Source: an uncultured Candidatus Rokubacteria bacterium (GTDB lineage: Bacteria; Methylomirabilota; Methylomirabilia; Rokubacteriales; DASRDR01). From it: 64,000 nucleotides of DNA. Positions within the stretch are counted from its first letter, which is position 1. Every line of letters starts with the position of its first letter. Shown here one piece after another: positions 18,564 to 28,557 of the stretch. The DNA is taken from positions 32,001 to 96,000 of the forward strand of contig CAVPSB010000030.1 in NCBI GenBank assembly GCA_963708025.1, in the 5' to 3' direction. The notes beneath the pieces are model-generated. The model made no database searches. It saw only the letters and a list, made by a program, of their open reading frames with translations, and had not been told where the DNA came from. A program made the position numbers and the translations under genes.

Positions 18564-20644
18564 CACCGGACGGGCTCGTCAACCGGGAGATGTCCTGGCT
18601 GGAGTTCAACCGCCGGGTCCTGGAGGAGGCGCAGGACGAGAGCGTGCCGCTCCTGGAGCGGGTGAAGTTCCTGTCGATCTTCAGCTCGAACCTCGACGAA
18701 TTCTTCATGATCCGGGTGGCGGGGCTCAAGCGGCAGGTCCACGCCGGCGATCACGAGCGGGGATTGGATGGGCTGACCCCGGCCGAGGCCATGGCCGCCG
18801 TCGCGGTGCGCACGCACGAGCTGGCCGACGAGCAGCACCGTTGCTTCCTGGAGGACATCCAGCCCCGGCTCGCCGCCGAGGGGATCCGGATCCTCCGGCC
18901 CAAGGAGATCACCGAGGCGCAGCACGGGTTCCTCGACGGGTACTTCCGGCACACGCTGCTCCCGATCCTGACGCCGCTGGCGATCGACCCCGGGCATCCG
19001 TTCCCCTACCTCGGCAACCGCTCGCTGGTCCTGGTGGCCTCTATCCGGCCGGTGGCCGCCTCGGCCCTGCCCCGGACCACGCTGGCGGTCGTCCACATCC
19101 CCGGCCAGGTGGTGCCGCGCTTCGTCGCCCTCCCCGGGCCGGCCGGCCAGCACGCCTTCATGCTGCTGGAAGACGTGATCCGGCTGCACCTGCCGAGCCT
19201 GTATCACGGCTACGAGATCCTCTCCTGCCACGCCATCCGCGTGACGCGCGACGCCGAGATCGAGCTGCCGCGGGGCCGCATCCAGGACCTCATGACCAGC
19301 ATCGAGGAGAGTCTGCGGGAGCGGCGCATGGCGACGGCGGTGCGGCTGCAGTACGAGGCCGACCTGCCGGCGGGGGTGCTGGCGACCCTGGTTGACGAGC
19401 TGGAGCTGGGCCCCGAGGACTTGTACGAGGGCGAGGGGTTCGCGGCCTTTTCCGACCTCATGCAGCTCTACGCGGCGGTGGACCTCCCACGCCTCAAGGA
19501 CCGCCCGCTGCCGCCCCACCCGGTGCCGGCCTTCGAGGCGGCGCCCGATCTCTGGGCGGCCATCCGGGAGGGCGACGTCCTCGTCCACCACCCCTACCAG
19601 CCGTTCGACGCCGTGACACGCTTCGTCCGGGATGCCGCCGTCGATCCCCGGGTGCTGGCCATCAAGATGACGCTCTATCGGGTGAGCCCGACCTCCCCCA
19701 TCGCTCAGGCGCTCACGCTGGCCGCGGAGAAGGGCAAGGAGGTCGCGGTGCTCGTCGAGCTGCGGGCGCGCTTCGACGAGGAAGCCAACATCCGGTGGGC
19801 GCGGGCGCTGGAGGAGGTCGGCGCCCACGTCGTCTACGGCCTCGTCGGCTTCAAGACCCACTGCAAGGCGTGCCTGGTCGTCCGCCAGGACGCCGATGGG
19901 ATCCGCCGCTATTGCCACCTGGCGACGGGCAACTACAACGTCCGTACCGGCGGGCTCTACTCCGATCTCGGGCTCTTCACCTGCCGCGAGTCGTTCGGCG
20001 AGGACCTCACCGAGCTGTTCAATCTCCTCACGGGCTACACGCACCCCCGCGGCTTCAACCACCTCATCGTCGCGCCCTTCCAGCTCCGCGACGCCGTCAT
20101 CGAGCGCATCCGGCGGGAAGCCGAGCACGCGCGGGCCGGCCGGCCGGCCCGGCTCATCGCCAAGATGAACAGCCTGGTCGATGTCAAGCTCATCGAGGAG
20201 CTGTACGCGGCGAGCCAGGCCGGGGTCGAGACCGACCTGATCGTGCGGGGCATCTGCTGCCTGCGACCCGGGGTCCCCGGCCTCTCCGACCGGATCCGGG
20301 CCATCTCCATCATCGACCGCTTCCTCGAGCACGCGCGGATCTTCTACTTCGAGAACGACGGGACGCCCGAGTATCTCCTGGCGTCGGCCGACTGGATGCC
20401 CCGCAACCTCGACAAGCGGGTCGAGGTCGCCTTCCCGATCCTGGATCCCCGCCTGCAGGCGCAGATCCGGCAGATCCTGGACGTCCAGCTCGCGGACACG
20501 GTCAAGGCGCGGGAGATCCTGCCCGACGGGCGGTCGCGGCGGATCGCCCACGAGGGGAGCTCGCCGCTCCGGTCCCAGGAGCGGCTGTACGAGCTGGTCG
20601 GCGCCCTGGGCTCGGCTCCGGAGCGGCGGGTCACCGAAACGTAA
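18560..20644 (+). CDS. ppk1: Polyphosphate kinase 1
   Basis: NREMSWLEFNRRVL, NLDEFFMIRV, HHPY, KMTLYR, ELRARFDEEAN, KTHCK, TGNYN, SADWMPRN. Confidence 0.97.
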   Translation: MTPDGLVNREMSWLEFNRRVLEEAQDESVPLLERVKFLSIFSSNLDEFFMIRVAGLKRQVHAGDHERGLDGLTPAEAMAAVAVRTHELADEQHRCFLEDIQPRLAAEGIRILRPKEITEAQHGFLDGYFRHTLLPILTPLAIDPGHPFPYLGNRSLVLVASIRPVAASALPRTTLAVVHIPGQVVPRFVALPGPAGQHAFMLLEDVIRLHLPSLYHGYEILSCHAIRVTRDAEIELPRGRIQDLMTSIEESLRERRMATAVRLQYEADLPAGVLATLVDELELGPEDLYEGEGFAAFSDLMQLYAAVDLPRLKDRPLPPHPVPAFEAAPDLWAAIREGDVLVHHPYQPFDAVTRFVRDAAVDPRVLAIKMTLYRVSPTSPIAQALTLAAEKGKEVAVLVELRARFDEEANIRWARALEEVGAHVVYGLVGFKTHCKACLVVRQDADGIRRYCHLATGNYNVRTGGLYSDLGLFTCRESFGEDLTELFNLLTGYTHPRGFNHLIVAPFQLRDAVIERIRREAEHARAGRPARLIAKMNSLVDVKLIEELYAASQAGVETDLIVRGICCLRPGVPGLSDRIRAISIIDRFLEHARIFYFENDGTPEYLLASADWMPRNLDKRVEVAFPILDPRLQAQIRQILDVQLADTVKAREILPDGRSRRIAHEGSSPLRSQERLYELVGALGSAPERRVTET

Positions 20645-20683
20645 CCGACGCGTCATCAAACCGCAACACGCCCGGTCTAAGGT
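20630..20683 (+). promoter_or_regulatory. Pho-box array and -10 overlapping the ppk1 stop
   Basis: GTCAC-N6-GTAAC-N6-GTCAT-N6-GCAAC-N10-TAAGGT. Confidence 0.75.
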
Positions 20684-20692
20684 CGGAGCGTC

Positions 20693-20911
20693 ATGACCAC
20701 GGTCGGGCAGTCGCTGCAGCAGCTCGTCCTGTTCGGGCTCTTCGTCCTCGTCTTCCTGGGCTCGACCCAGCTCTTCCTCGCCTACCGCTGGCGGCGGGCG
20801 CTCGACCGGGACGAGGCGCGGGCATACGTCCCCCACGCCGACCCGTGGCTGCCGGCCCTGCTGACCCTGATCGGGGCCGGCTGGACCCTCCTGCTGTACG
20901 TCCTCCGCTAG
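20693..20911 (+). CDS. Small two-TM membrane protein
   Basis: 72 aa with two hydrophobic segments, directly after the Pho-type promoter. Confidence 0.7.
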   Translation: MTTVGQSLQQLVLFGLFVLVFLGSTQLFLAYRWRRALDRDEARAYVPHADPWLPALLTLIGAGWTLLLYVLR

Positions 20912-20982
20912 ATCCTTTGGGGGGTCTCGGAAGACTCCTCCGATGTCCCCGCGTCGTGGGGGCGGCGAAGCCGCCGCCGCTC
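20912..20982 (+). repeat. REP-like double hairpin
   Basis: ggggggtctcggaagactcctcc plus ggcggcgaagccgcc hairpin, directly after a stop codon as at 2818. Confidence 0.55.
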
Positions 20983-21108
20983 GGACGGTCGTCGTGGCCC
21001 ACACGTTGCACTGCACGCGACAGGACATGCTCCGACGAGCTCCTAACTCGCGCGTCGCGACTGGCCCCGGCGGGCCGCAGTGTCGCATCGGCAGAGTCCG
21101 CCGTGACC

Positions 21109-21153
21109 GTAACAGTTTCGTAACTGGAAACCGCTCGTCCGGGCTCCTACACT
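21109..21153 (+). promoter_or_regulatory. Pho-box-like pair and -10 for the fez-like operon
   Basis: GTAAC-agtttc-GTAAC, 23 nt, TACACT; same layout at 44571-44614 and 53311-53356. Confidence 0.65.
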
Positions 21154-21248
21154 GACCGCGAGTGCCGTGCGCGACGCCGCCGGAGTCGCCGTTCGGCGGC
21201 ACGCGCATCCGATCGGATCACCACATCGCATGTCGGAGGGCTTCCCAG

Positions 21249-21548
21249 ATGGGGTTTCATCCTCTGTCTTTCTTTCTCGGTCTCGGTGCGGCCGCCGCGA
21301 TGCCGCTGCTGACTCGCGTGTTCCGTCCCGCCGCGGTCCAGATCGCGGTGGCCGGCATGGGCGTGTTCGACGAGGTCCGTCGGGTCCTCGCCGAGCAATT
21401 CGAGGCCATGGAAGACATCGCCGCCGAGGCACGGGCCAAGCGTGAAGAGAGCCTGGCCGAGGCCGCGATGGAACCGTCGAACGGCTCAGAGGCCGAGGCG
21501 GCGGTCGGACGCCCGAGTCGGCGGCCCCGGAGGCAGCGGACCGCATAG
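21249..21548 (+). CDS. DUF5132-like / FezA-like small protein
   Basis: RBS GGAGGG; hydrophobic FFLGLGAAAAMPLL, RPAAV, then helical EAMEDIAAEARA. Confidence 0.75.
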   Translation: MGFHPLSFFLGLGAAAAMPLLTRVFRPAAVQIAVAGMGVFDEVRRVLAEQFEAMEDIAAEARAKREESLAEAAMEPSNGSEAEAAVGRPSRRPRRQRTA

Positions 21549-21550
21549 CC

Positions 21551-22051
21551 GTGGCGACCCTCCAGGTCGCCCACGACATTCCCGGGAGACTCCGCCTCCG
21601 CCTGCGCGCGGCCGTCGAGGGGGACAGCCTGGCGGCGGCGATGCGCGAGCATCCCGGCGTGACGGACTGCGTGTGGGCGGCCCGCACCGGGAGCCTGCTC
21701 CTCCACTACCGTCCGCAGGTGACGAGCGGGACGCTCCTCCGCGACGCCGTGGCGGCCCGAACCGGTCTGTCGCCGGCCGGCCCGGACGGCGCACCGGCGA
21801 CCAGCGCCCGGAACGGCGAGCCGCCCCAGCTGGCCACTGCCATCACCCAGGGCATGACCGACCTGAACGCTCAGGTGACGCAGGTGACGGGTGGCGCGCT
21901 CGATCTCCGCACGCTCCTGCCGCTCGCGCTGGGGGCATGGGCGCTCGCCGAGATCTTCCGGGGGCGGGCCGGACCGATGGCCTGGTCAACGGCCCTCTGG
22001 TACGCCCATGGCCTGTTCCGCGACTACAACCTGCCCGGCGGCGAGCGGTAG
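21551..22051 (+). CDS. HMA2-domain membrane protein (FezC-like)
   Basis: HDIPGRLRLR...RTGSLLLHY, C-terminal DLRTLLPLALG...WSTALWYA. Confidence 0.8.
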   Translation: MATLQVAHDIPGRLRLRLRAAVEGDSLAAAMREHPGVTDCVWAARTGSLLLHYRPQVTSGTLLRDAVAARTGLSPAGPDGAPATSARNGEPPQLATAITQGMTDLNAQVTQVTGGALDLRTLLPLALGAWALAEIFRGRAGPMAWSTALWYAHGLFRDYNLPGGER

Positions 22052-22055
22052 CGCC

Positions 22056-24189
22056 GTGACGGGCCGGGTCGCCCACTCGGTCCGGGGTCGGCTCCGGCTC
22101 CGGTATCCGCCCGATTGGCTGCGGCCGCGCCAGGCCGCGATCGAGGGCGAGCTGGCCCGCGTCCCCGGGGTGCGTGGGGTCACCGCGAGCGGCGTCACGG
22201 GCAGCGTCGTGGTCAGATACGACCCGGCCCGCACCGCCGAGCAGGTCCTGGTCAACACGCTGTCCGCGATGCACGGGGGATCCCCCCCCGCCGCGCCGAC
22301 CTCGAACGGAAGGCACACGGTCACGGCGGCCGTCGGGACTCACGCCGCCCCTGCTCCCGTTCCTGGCCGCCAGCGGCATGTTCGCGGCGACCTTCCTGCC
22401 GCTCCCTGGCCCTGTCCTGGCGGGACTCACCCTCGGCTCGGGCTGGCCACTCATCCGGCGCGCGGGGCGAACCCTGGCGCGGGACGGTCGCCTCAACGTC
22501 GAGGTGCTCGACGCGGCGACGCTCGTCGTGCTCGCCATCCGCGGCAACTACCGCGCGGCCGCCCTGCTCGTGTGGCTCCTGTCGGCCGGCCAGTACGTCC
22601 TGGACAGCACCGTCGTCCGGATCCGCCGGTCCATCCGCGACCTCCTGGCTTCCCCGGCCGATCCGGTCTGGCGCGAAGACGGCGGAGAGCGCACGCAGGT
22701 CCCGATCGGCGCGGTCCAGGCGGGCGACACGATCGTGCTGGCCACGGGAGAGCGGGTCCCGGTGGACGGCACCGTCGTCCACGGCGAGGCGCTGATCGAC
22801 CAGCAGCGGGTCACGGGGGAGGGTCTGCCGGTCGAGCGGGTGGCCGGTGACCGCGTGTACGCCTCGACGATGGTCGAGGACGGCGAGATCGCCGTCCGAG
22901 TCGAGCGGGTCGGCATGGAGACCTCCGTCGGCCGGATCATCGAGGCGGTCGAAGGGGCGGAAGGCGAGAAGCCCGAGCTCCAGCTCTTCGCCGAGGAGCT
23001 GGCCGACCGGCTGGTGCTGCAGACGGTCGGCCTGGCGGCGCTGGCATCCGCGGCGACACGGAGCCTCGATACCGGGATCGCCATCCTCGTCGCCGACTAC
23101 GGAACACCCGTGCGGGTCGCGATTCCCACTGCCGCCATGGCGGCGCGGATCCGCGCCGCGCGCGCCGGCATCCTGTTGAAGGGGCCCGGCGTCCTCGAGC
23201 GGCTGGCCCGGGTCAACACGGTCGTCTTCGACAAGACGGGAACCCTCACCCTCGGCGCGCCACAGGTCACCCGCGTGGCGAGCTACGACCCCGCGCTCGA
23301 TCCGGACGAGATCGTCCGCCTGGCGGCCGCCGCCGAGCGGGGATTCCGGCATCCGGTGGCCCGAGCCATCGTGCGGCTCGCCACCGAGCGGCGACTGCCC
23401 GTCCCCCGGCGGACGGAGACCGAGCTCCGGATGGGTCTCGGCGTCGGCGTCCGGGCCGACGGCCGCCACGTCCTCGTGGGCAGCCGGCGCTTCATGGAGT
23501 CGCACGGCGTCCGGCTGGACCGGGCGGCGGATGACGAGGCGGCCAGCCACCGGGATGGCGGCGCCCCGACCTTCGTCGCGGTGGACGGCCAGCTGGCCGG
23601 GCTCCTCCGGCTGCAGGACGAGCTGCGGCCCGAGGCGCCGGACGCCGTGCTCGCGCTCCGGGCCCGCCGGATGCGGAACGTGATCATGGTCTCCGGCGAC
23701 CACGCCGAGCCGACGCGGGTCATCGCCGAGTCCCTCGGCGTCCGGCACTACTACCCGGACCTCCTCCCCGACGAGAAGGCCGAGCTCATCCGGAAGCTTC
23801 GCGCCGAGGGTCGGGTCGTCGCGATGGTGGGCGACGGCGTGAACGACGCCCTGGCCCTCCACCAGGCCGACGTCGGGATCGCCGTGCCGGGAGGCGCCGA
23901 GGTCGTGGCCGAGGCGGCCGGCGTCGTCCTCCTGGGGGGCGGCCTGGACAAGGTCGTCCAGGGTCTCGACATCGCCCGGGAGACCATGGTCGTGTTCCGG
24001 CGGGTCGTGGACGTCGCAGCCCAGGTGAATCTCGGCGTGATCGGCCTGGCGTCGGTGGGCCTGGCGGGCCCGGTCACCTCGATCCTCCTGAGCAACGGAG
24101 CGGTCGTCGGGGTGGCGCTCTACACGCTGATTGGAGCCCCGTCCGTGGGCAATGCCGGGCCGGACCGGGCCCGGGCGGGGTCACGGTGA
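22056..24189 (+). CDS. P1B-type ATPase, P1B-6/FezB-like, with HMA2 N-terminus; +1 frameshift near the C8 tract at 22282-22289
   Basis: HSVRGRLRLR...TGSVVVRYD in one frame; VTGEGLP, ADYGTPVRVAIP, DKTGT, HPVA, GDGVND in the next frame; removing one C joins them. Confidence 0.85.
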
Positions 24190-24233
24190 CGTCAACTATT
24201 CGTCATCGTCCCGTCACGCCTATCCCTTATCCT
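24180..24233 (+). promoter_or_regulatory. Strong Pho-box array and -10
   Basis: GTCAC-N6-GTCAA-N6-GTCAT-N6-GTCAC-N10-TATCCT. Confidence 0.8.
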
Positions 24234-24276
24234 GTCGTGCAGGAAGGATACCCTTGGCAAAGGGGGGCCTGCCTGT

Positions 24277-24429
24277 ATGATTGCGCAGCTGCTGATGGGC
24301 TTCGTCACGGACGTGCTCTTCGGCTGGGTCTCGTCGGGCGGCCGGTCGTTCCAGGCCGAGGTCACGCAGTACATGGAGCGCCGGGGTCTCGTCAACCCGC
24401 GGGAGGTGAAGAAGAGCACCACCCGGTAG
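24277..24429 (+). CDS. Unlisted 50-aa protein
   Basis: MIAQLLMGFVTDVLFGWVSSGGRSFQAEVTQYMERRGLVNPREVKKSTTR*; G-rich RBS, GC3-rich codons, promoter immediately upstream. Confidence 0.7.
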   Translation: MIAQLLMGFVTDVLFGWVSSGGRSFQAEVTQYMERRGLVNPREVKKSTTR

Positions 24430-24495
24430 TCCTCGGCCCCGCCCCTCGCCCGCCCTCGCCGTAAGCCAGGCTGAGTCGCCTCGCCTCAGCATCGC

Positions 24496-27490
24496 ATGTC
24501 CGCCCCATCTCCTGTCCGACCCGCCGGAGGCACCGCCCCGGTGACAGCTCTCTGCGTCGCCGTCCCCGGGCGCGCCCGGCTCCGTGTCGAACGGGTTGCG
24601 AAACGGGAGTGCGGTCGCCCGGCAGCTCGAGACTCGCCTCCATGGTCATCAGGCGATTGCCGCCGTTCAGGCGAACCCGCTCACCGGCAACCTGCTCGTC
24701 CTGTTCGACCCGGCCCGGCTGACCGTGCGGGAGCTGATCGCCGAGGTCGTGCGATCCCGGGCTCCGGCGCGTCGCCGCCGCAACGGGCGAGGCGGCCGCG
24801 TCACGGCCCCGCGGTCGGCGCCGCCCGACGGGCCGGCGTGGCATGCCCTGCCCGCCCGCGCGGTCGTCAGGGAGCTGGAGGTCGCCCCCGACACCGGCCT
24901 GTCGGGCGTCGAGGCGGAGCGGCGGCTGGCCACGGTGGGACCGAACCGCCTGCCGGCGCCCGAGCCCCGGTCGGCGCTGGCCACGCTGTGGGACCAGGTG
25001 GCCTCGCTGCCGGTCGGGCTCCTCGCCGGAGCCGCGGCGCTCTCCCTCGCCGGCGGCGCCGTGTTCGACGCCCTCGTCATCCTGGGCGTGGTCGGGATCA
25101 ACGCGGCGGTCGGCTACGTCACCGAGCGCCGGGTGGATCGCATCCTCGGCGGCCTGCGGAATGCGACGGTGCCGACGGCGCTCGTCCGCCGCGATGGGAA
25201 GGAGACCTTCCTGCCGGCGGCGGCCCTCGTCCCCGGCGACGTCGTCGTCCTCCAGGCCGGCTACGACGTGCCCGCCGACGGTCGCGTGATCGCGGCCGAC
25301 CGGCTCGCGCTCGACGAATCGGCGCTGACCGGTGAGAGCCTGCCGGTGCCGAAGGCGGCCGGCACGGTCTACGCCCCGGAGACACTCCTCGCCGACCGGG
25401 CGAACATGGTCTACTCGGGCACCAGTGTCGCCGAGGGCTCGGGCCTGGCTCTCGTCACCGGCACCGGCGTCGCCACCGAGATGGGACGCATCCGCCAGCT
25501 CATCGCCGCGGCGGTGGCGCCTCCGACTCCACTCGAGCGCGAGCTGGACCGGATGGGCCGCCGGCTGGTCGGCCTCTGCCTCGGGCTTTCCAGCGTCGCG
25601 CTGGGGCTCGGGCTGCTCCGGGGTGTGGCGGCCCTCGAGATGCTGCGGACCTCGATCTCCCTCGCGGTGGCGGCGGTGCCCGAGGGCCTGCCGGCCGTCG
25701 CGACCACCACCCTGGCGCTCGGCATGCAGCGCATGCTGCGCCGCAACGCGCTCATCCGGCGTCTCTCCGCCGTGGAGAGCCTCGGCGCCACGACCGTCAT
25801 CTGCGTCGACAAGACGGGCACGCTCACCGAGAACCGGATGAGCGTGCACGCCTGGCACCTGGGCGGGAGCGATCTCGTCGTGAACGGCCGCGCGGCCGAG
25901 CTGTCCGACCCGCGACTCCGCTGGGCGCACATGATCGGCGTGCTGTGCAACGAGGCGGACCTGACCCGGCAGCAGGGCGGAGGCTGGGAGGTGAACGGCA
26001 GCGGCACCGAGGGCGCGCTGCTGGCCGCCGCCCGGCAAGCGGGGCTCGACTACCGGCGCCTGCGGGAGGATCACCCGCTGGTGAGCCTGCGCCCTCGGCT
26101 CGCGGACGAGAACTGGATGGCGACGGTTCACGAGGCCGGGCCCGGTCGCCGGCTGATGATGGTCAAGGGGGCACCGGAGGAGGTCGTGCGGCTCTGCGCC
26201 CGACGCCTCGACGGGGCCACCGCGCCGGGCCTGGACGACGACGCCCGGCGCAGCATCCTGGAGGCGAACGCCGCCCTGGCGAACCAGGGCATGCGCGTGC
26301 TCGGGCTCGCGTTCAAGGAGATCCCGGCCGCGGCGAGCCCGAGCTACGACGACCTCGCGTGGGTCGGGCTGGTCGGACTCCGGGATCCGATTCGCGAGGG
26401 CGTGCGCGAGGCGATCGCGGCCTGCCAGCGGGCGGGCATCCGCACCATCATGATCACCGGCGACCAGAGCCTCACCGCCCTGGCCGTTGCCCGCGAGCTC
26501 GACCTCGTGCGCAACGGACAGATGCGGGTGGTGGAGGCCTCGCAGCTCGGCGGGGCGTCGGAGGCCGCCGTGCGGAATTTCGCGCGGGACGTGGCGGTCT
26601 TCGCCCGCGTCTCGCCGGCCCACAAGTACCAGATCGTCCGGGCGCTCCAGGCCGAGGGCGAGATCGTCGCCATGACCGGTGACGGCATCAACGACGCGCC
26701 CGCCCTGAAGGCAGCCGACATCGGGGTGGCGATGGGCGCCCGGGGGACCCAGGTCGCCCGGGACCTGGCCGACGTCGTGCTGCTCGACGACAATTTCGGC
26801 TCCATCGTCGGCGCCGTGGAGCAGGGCCGGACGATCCACGCCAACGTCGGCAAGGCGCTCCGCTTCCTCCTGGCGACCAACTTCAGCGAGATCCTGGTGA
26901 CCATCGGCGCGCTGGCGCTCGGGATCGCCCGTCCGCTGACGGCCATCCAGCTCCTCTGGATCAACCTGCTCTCCGACGTGGTGCCGGCGCTGGCGCTCGC
27001 CGTGGAGCCGGCGGAGCCCGACATCATGGCGCGGCCGCCCCGGGATCCGGCGGCGCCGGTCCTGTCCGGGGATGCCCTCCTCCGGATCGCCGGCGACGGC
27101 GCGCTGCTCTCGGCCACGACGCTCGGCGCGTACGGCGCGGCACTGGCCCGCCACGGCGCGGGCCCTCAGGCCGCCAGCGTGGCGTTCGCCACCCTGGCCT
27201 CGGGCCAGCTCCTGTACGCGCTCACCTGCCGCTCCGAGCACCGGCCCGCGGTCACGGGCCTCCATCGGAGCCCCGCGCTGCTCGGTGCGGTGGGCGGCAC
27301 CGTGGCCCTCCAGGTCGCCGCGGTCGCCGTCCCGTCGCTGCGACGTCTCTTGGGGATCGCGCCCCTCGGACCGGGTGATTGGGGCCTGGTGGCGGCCGGG
27401 GCGGCGCTTCCGCTCCTGGTGACGGAGGTAACCAAGGCGCTCCGCGCCCGGCCGGTGTTGACCGCCGAGCCGACGAGAAGGAGGCGATGA
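24496..27490 (+). CDS. P2A (Ca2+-type) P-type ATPase with HMA2 N-terminus, copy 1; +1 frameshift at about 24591
   Basis: AVPGRARLRVE|GLRNG...ANPLTGNLLVLFD, TGES, AVPEGLP, DKTGT, KGAPE, GDGIND, LATNFSE, WINLLSD. Confidence 0.9.
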
Positions 27491-28096
27491 ATGGCGACCA
27501 AGCGAGAGGACCAGTCGCGGGAGACCACGCAGGACGGCGGCGCGATGCACCGCGCCATCCGCGGCACCATCACCGGCAGCGAGATCATCTCGGTGGGGGT
27601 GCTCAACCTGGTGCGGAGCACGCTCGTGACCGCGCTGTCCGGCGCCCGGGACGTCGGAAGCGAGGTGGGGATCACCGCGGTGGCGACCGTCCGCGGGACC
27701 ATCAAAGCCGCCCACGAGATCGGCGGCGACCTCGGCATGGTGGCCCAGTCCGCCGCTCGCGGCGCGGTCCGGGCCGCCCAGGAGGTTGGCGGCGACGTAG
27801 CCGGCGCGGCCCGCCGGGCAGTCGAGGGCACGATCGAGGCAGCGCGCGAGATCGGCGGCGACGTGGTCGGCGCGGCCCGCAAGGCCGCCGAGGGCGCGAT
27901 CGACGCCGCCGACCGGATCGGCTCGGCCACCGGCCGAGCAGTGCGACGGACGGTCGGCGTGGCGGTGCGGCAGGCCCGGGGGGTCAGGCCCGCCCGGGCG
28001 ACGCGAAAGCAGGCGCTCCGCGCGCGGCCGGTGCGACTCCGCCGCCCCGGGCGCCCGCGGCCGAAGGGCGGTGGGAGGGGGGCGAGGGCAGAATAG
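27491..28096 (+). CDS. 22-aa Ala/Gly helical-repeat protein with Arg-rich tail, copy 1
   Basis: RBS AGGAGG; five repeats of xAAxE(I/V)GGD(L/V)xxAAxxAxxG(T/A)(I/V); paralogs at 30991(-) and 44321(-). Confidence 0.85.
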   Translation: MATKREDQSRETTQDGGAMHRAIRGTITGSEIISVGVLNLVRSTLVTALSGARDVGSEVGITAVATVRGTIKAAHEIGGDLGMVAQSAARGAVRAAQEVGGDVAGAARRAVEGTIEAAREIGGDVVGAARKAAEGAIDAADRIGSATGRAVRRTVGVAVRQARGVRPARATRKQALRARPVRLRRPGRPRPKGGGRGARAE

Positions 28097-28101
28097 GGCC
28101 G

Positions 28102-28230
28102 CTAGCCGGACTCGAAGCCGTTGCGCAGAGGGGTGGACATGTCGGTCACCCCCCACACGTTGCCATGCCGGTAGAAGGCGAGGTTCTCGACGGCGGGGAA
28201 GCCCGCCCCACCCTCCGAGCCGGCCTCGCC
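28102..28230 (-). pseudogene. phoX: Internal fragment of PhoX-type alkaline phosphatase
   Basis: Manual translation GEAGSEGGAGFPAVENLAFYRHGNVWGVTDMST resembles the PhoX GF-x2-DNL-x-FD-x2-GNLW-x2-TD blade. Confidence 0.6.
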
Positions 28231-28253
28231 GCGCCCGACCGGTAACCGCCTCG

Positions 28254-28557
28254 CTACCCGAGGCGGCGGGCGGCTCGTTTCAGCGCCTCGACCCGGTCCT
28301 CACGCTCCCGCGGCACGTCGAGATCGGTTGGTCCGAAAAGGCCGTAGGCCGCCAGCCGCGCGTAGAAGCTCGTCGGAGTAGCCGATGTCGCGGATGGACC
28401 CGCCGCGCCGAGGACCGCCACGACGAGCGCGCTGGCGAGGCCCGCCCCGTGCCCGCCCGGGAGAGCGTCACCCGCGGCATCGCCGCCGGATCCGACCGGG
28501 CCGACGATCCGCCTGCCGCCGGGCAACGTCCACTCCGGGACCGTCATCCGGTTCTCG
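28254..28557 (-). pseudogene. Deleted duplicate of the ATPase2-metK operon (three joined fragments)
   Basis: 28254-28370 matches 31027-31143; 28370-28409 matches about 32007-32045; 28410-28557 matches 33783-33930. Confidence 0.85.

Noticed and set aside
18479-21208. 909-aa minus-strand ORF
   Set aside because: Antisense of ppk1.
24221-24250. Imperfect hairpin tatcc...caggaaggata as a terminator or riboswitch
   Set aside because: Overlaps the predicted -10 and start site, has no U-tract and matches no RNA family I recognise.
27640-27960. 66-bp periodic DNA repeats as a possible CRISPR array or VNTR
   Set aside because: Degenerate, in-frame coding repeats of the 22-aa protein; no spacers and no cas genes.
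24392-28156. 1254-aa minus-strand ORF
   Set aside because: Antisense of ATPase1 and the repeat gene.
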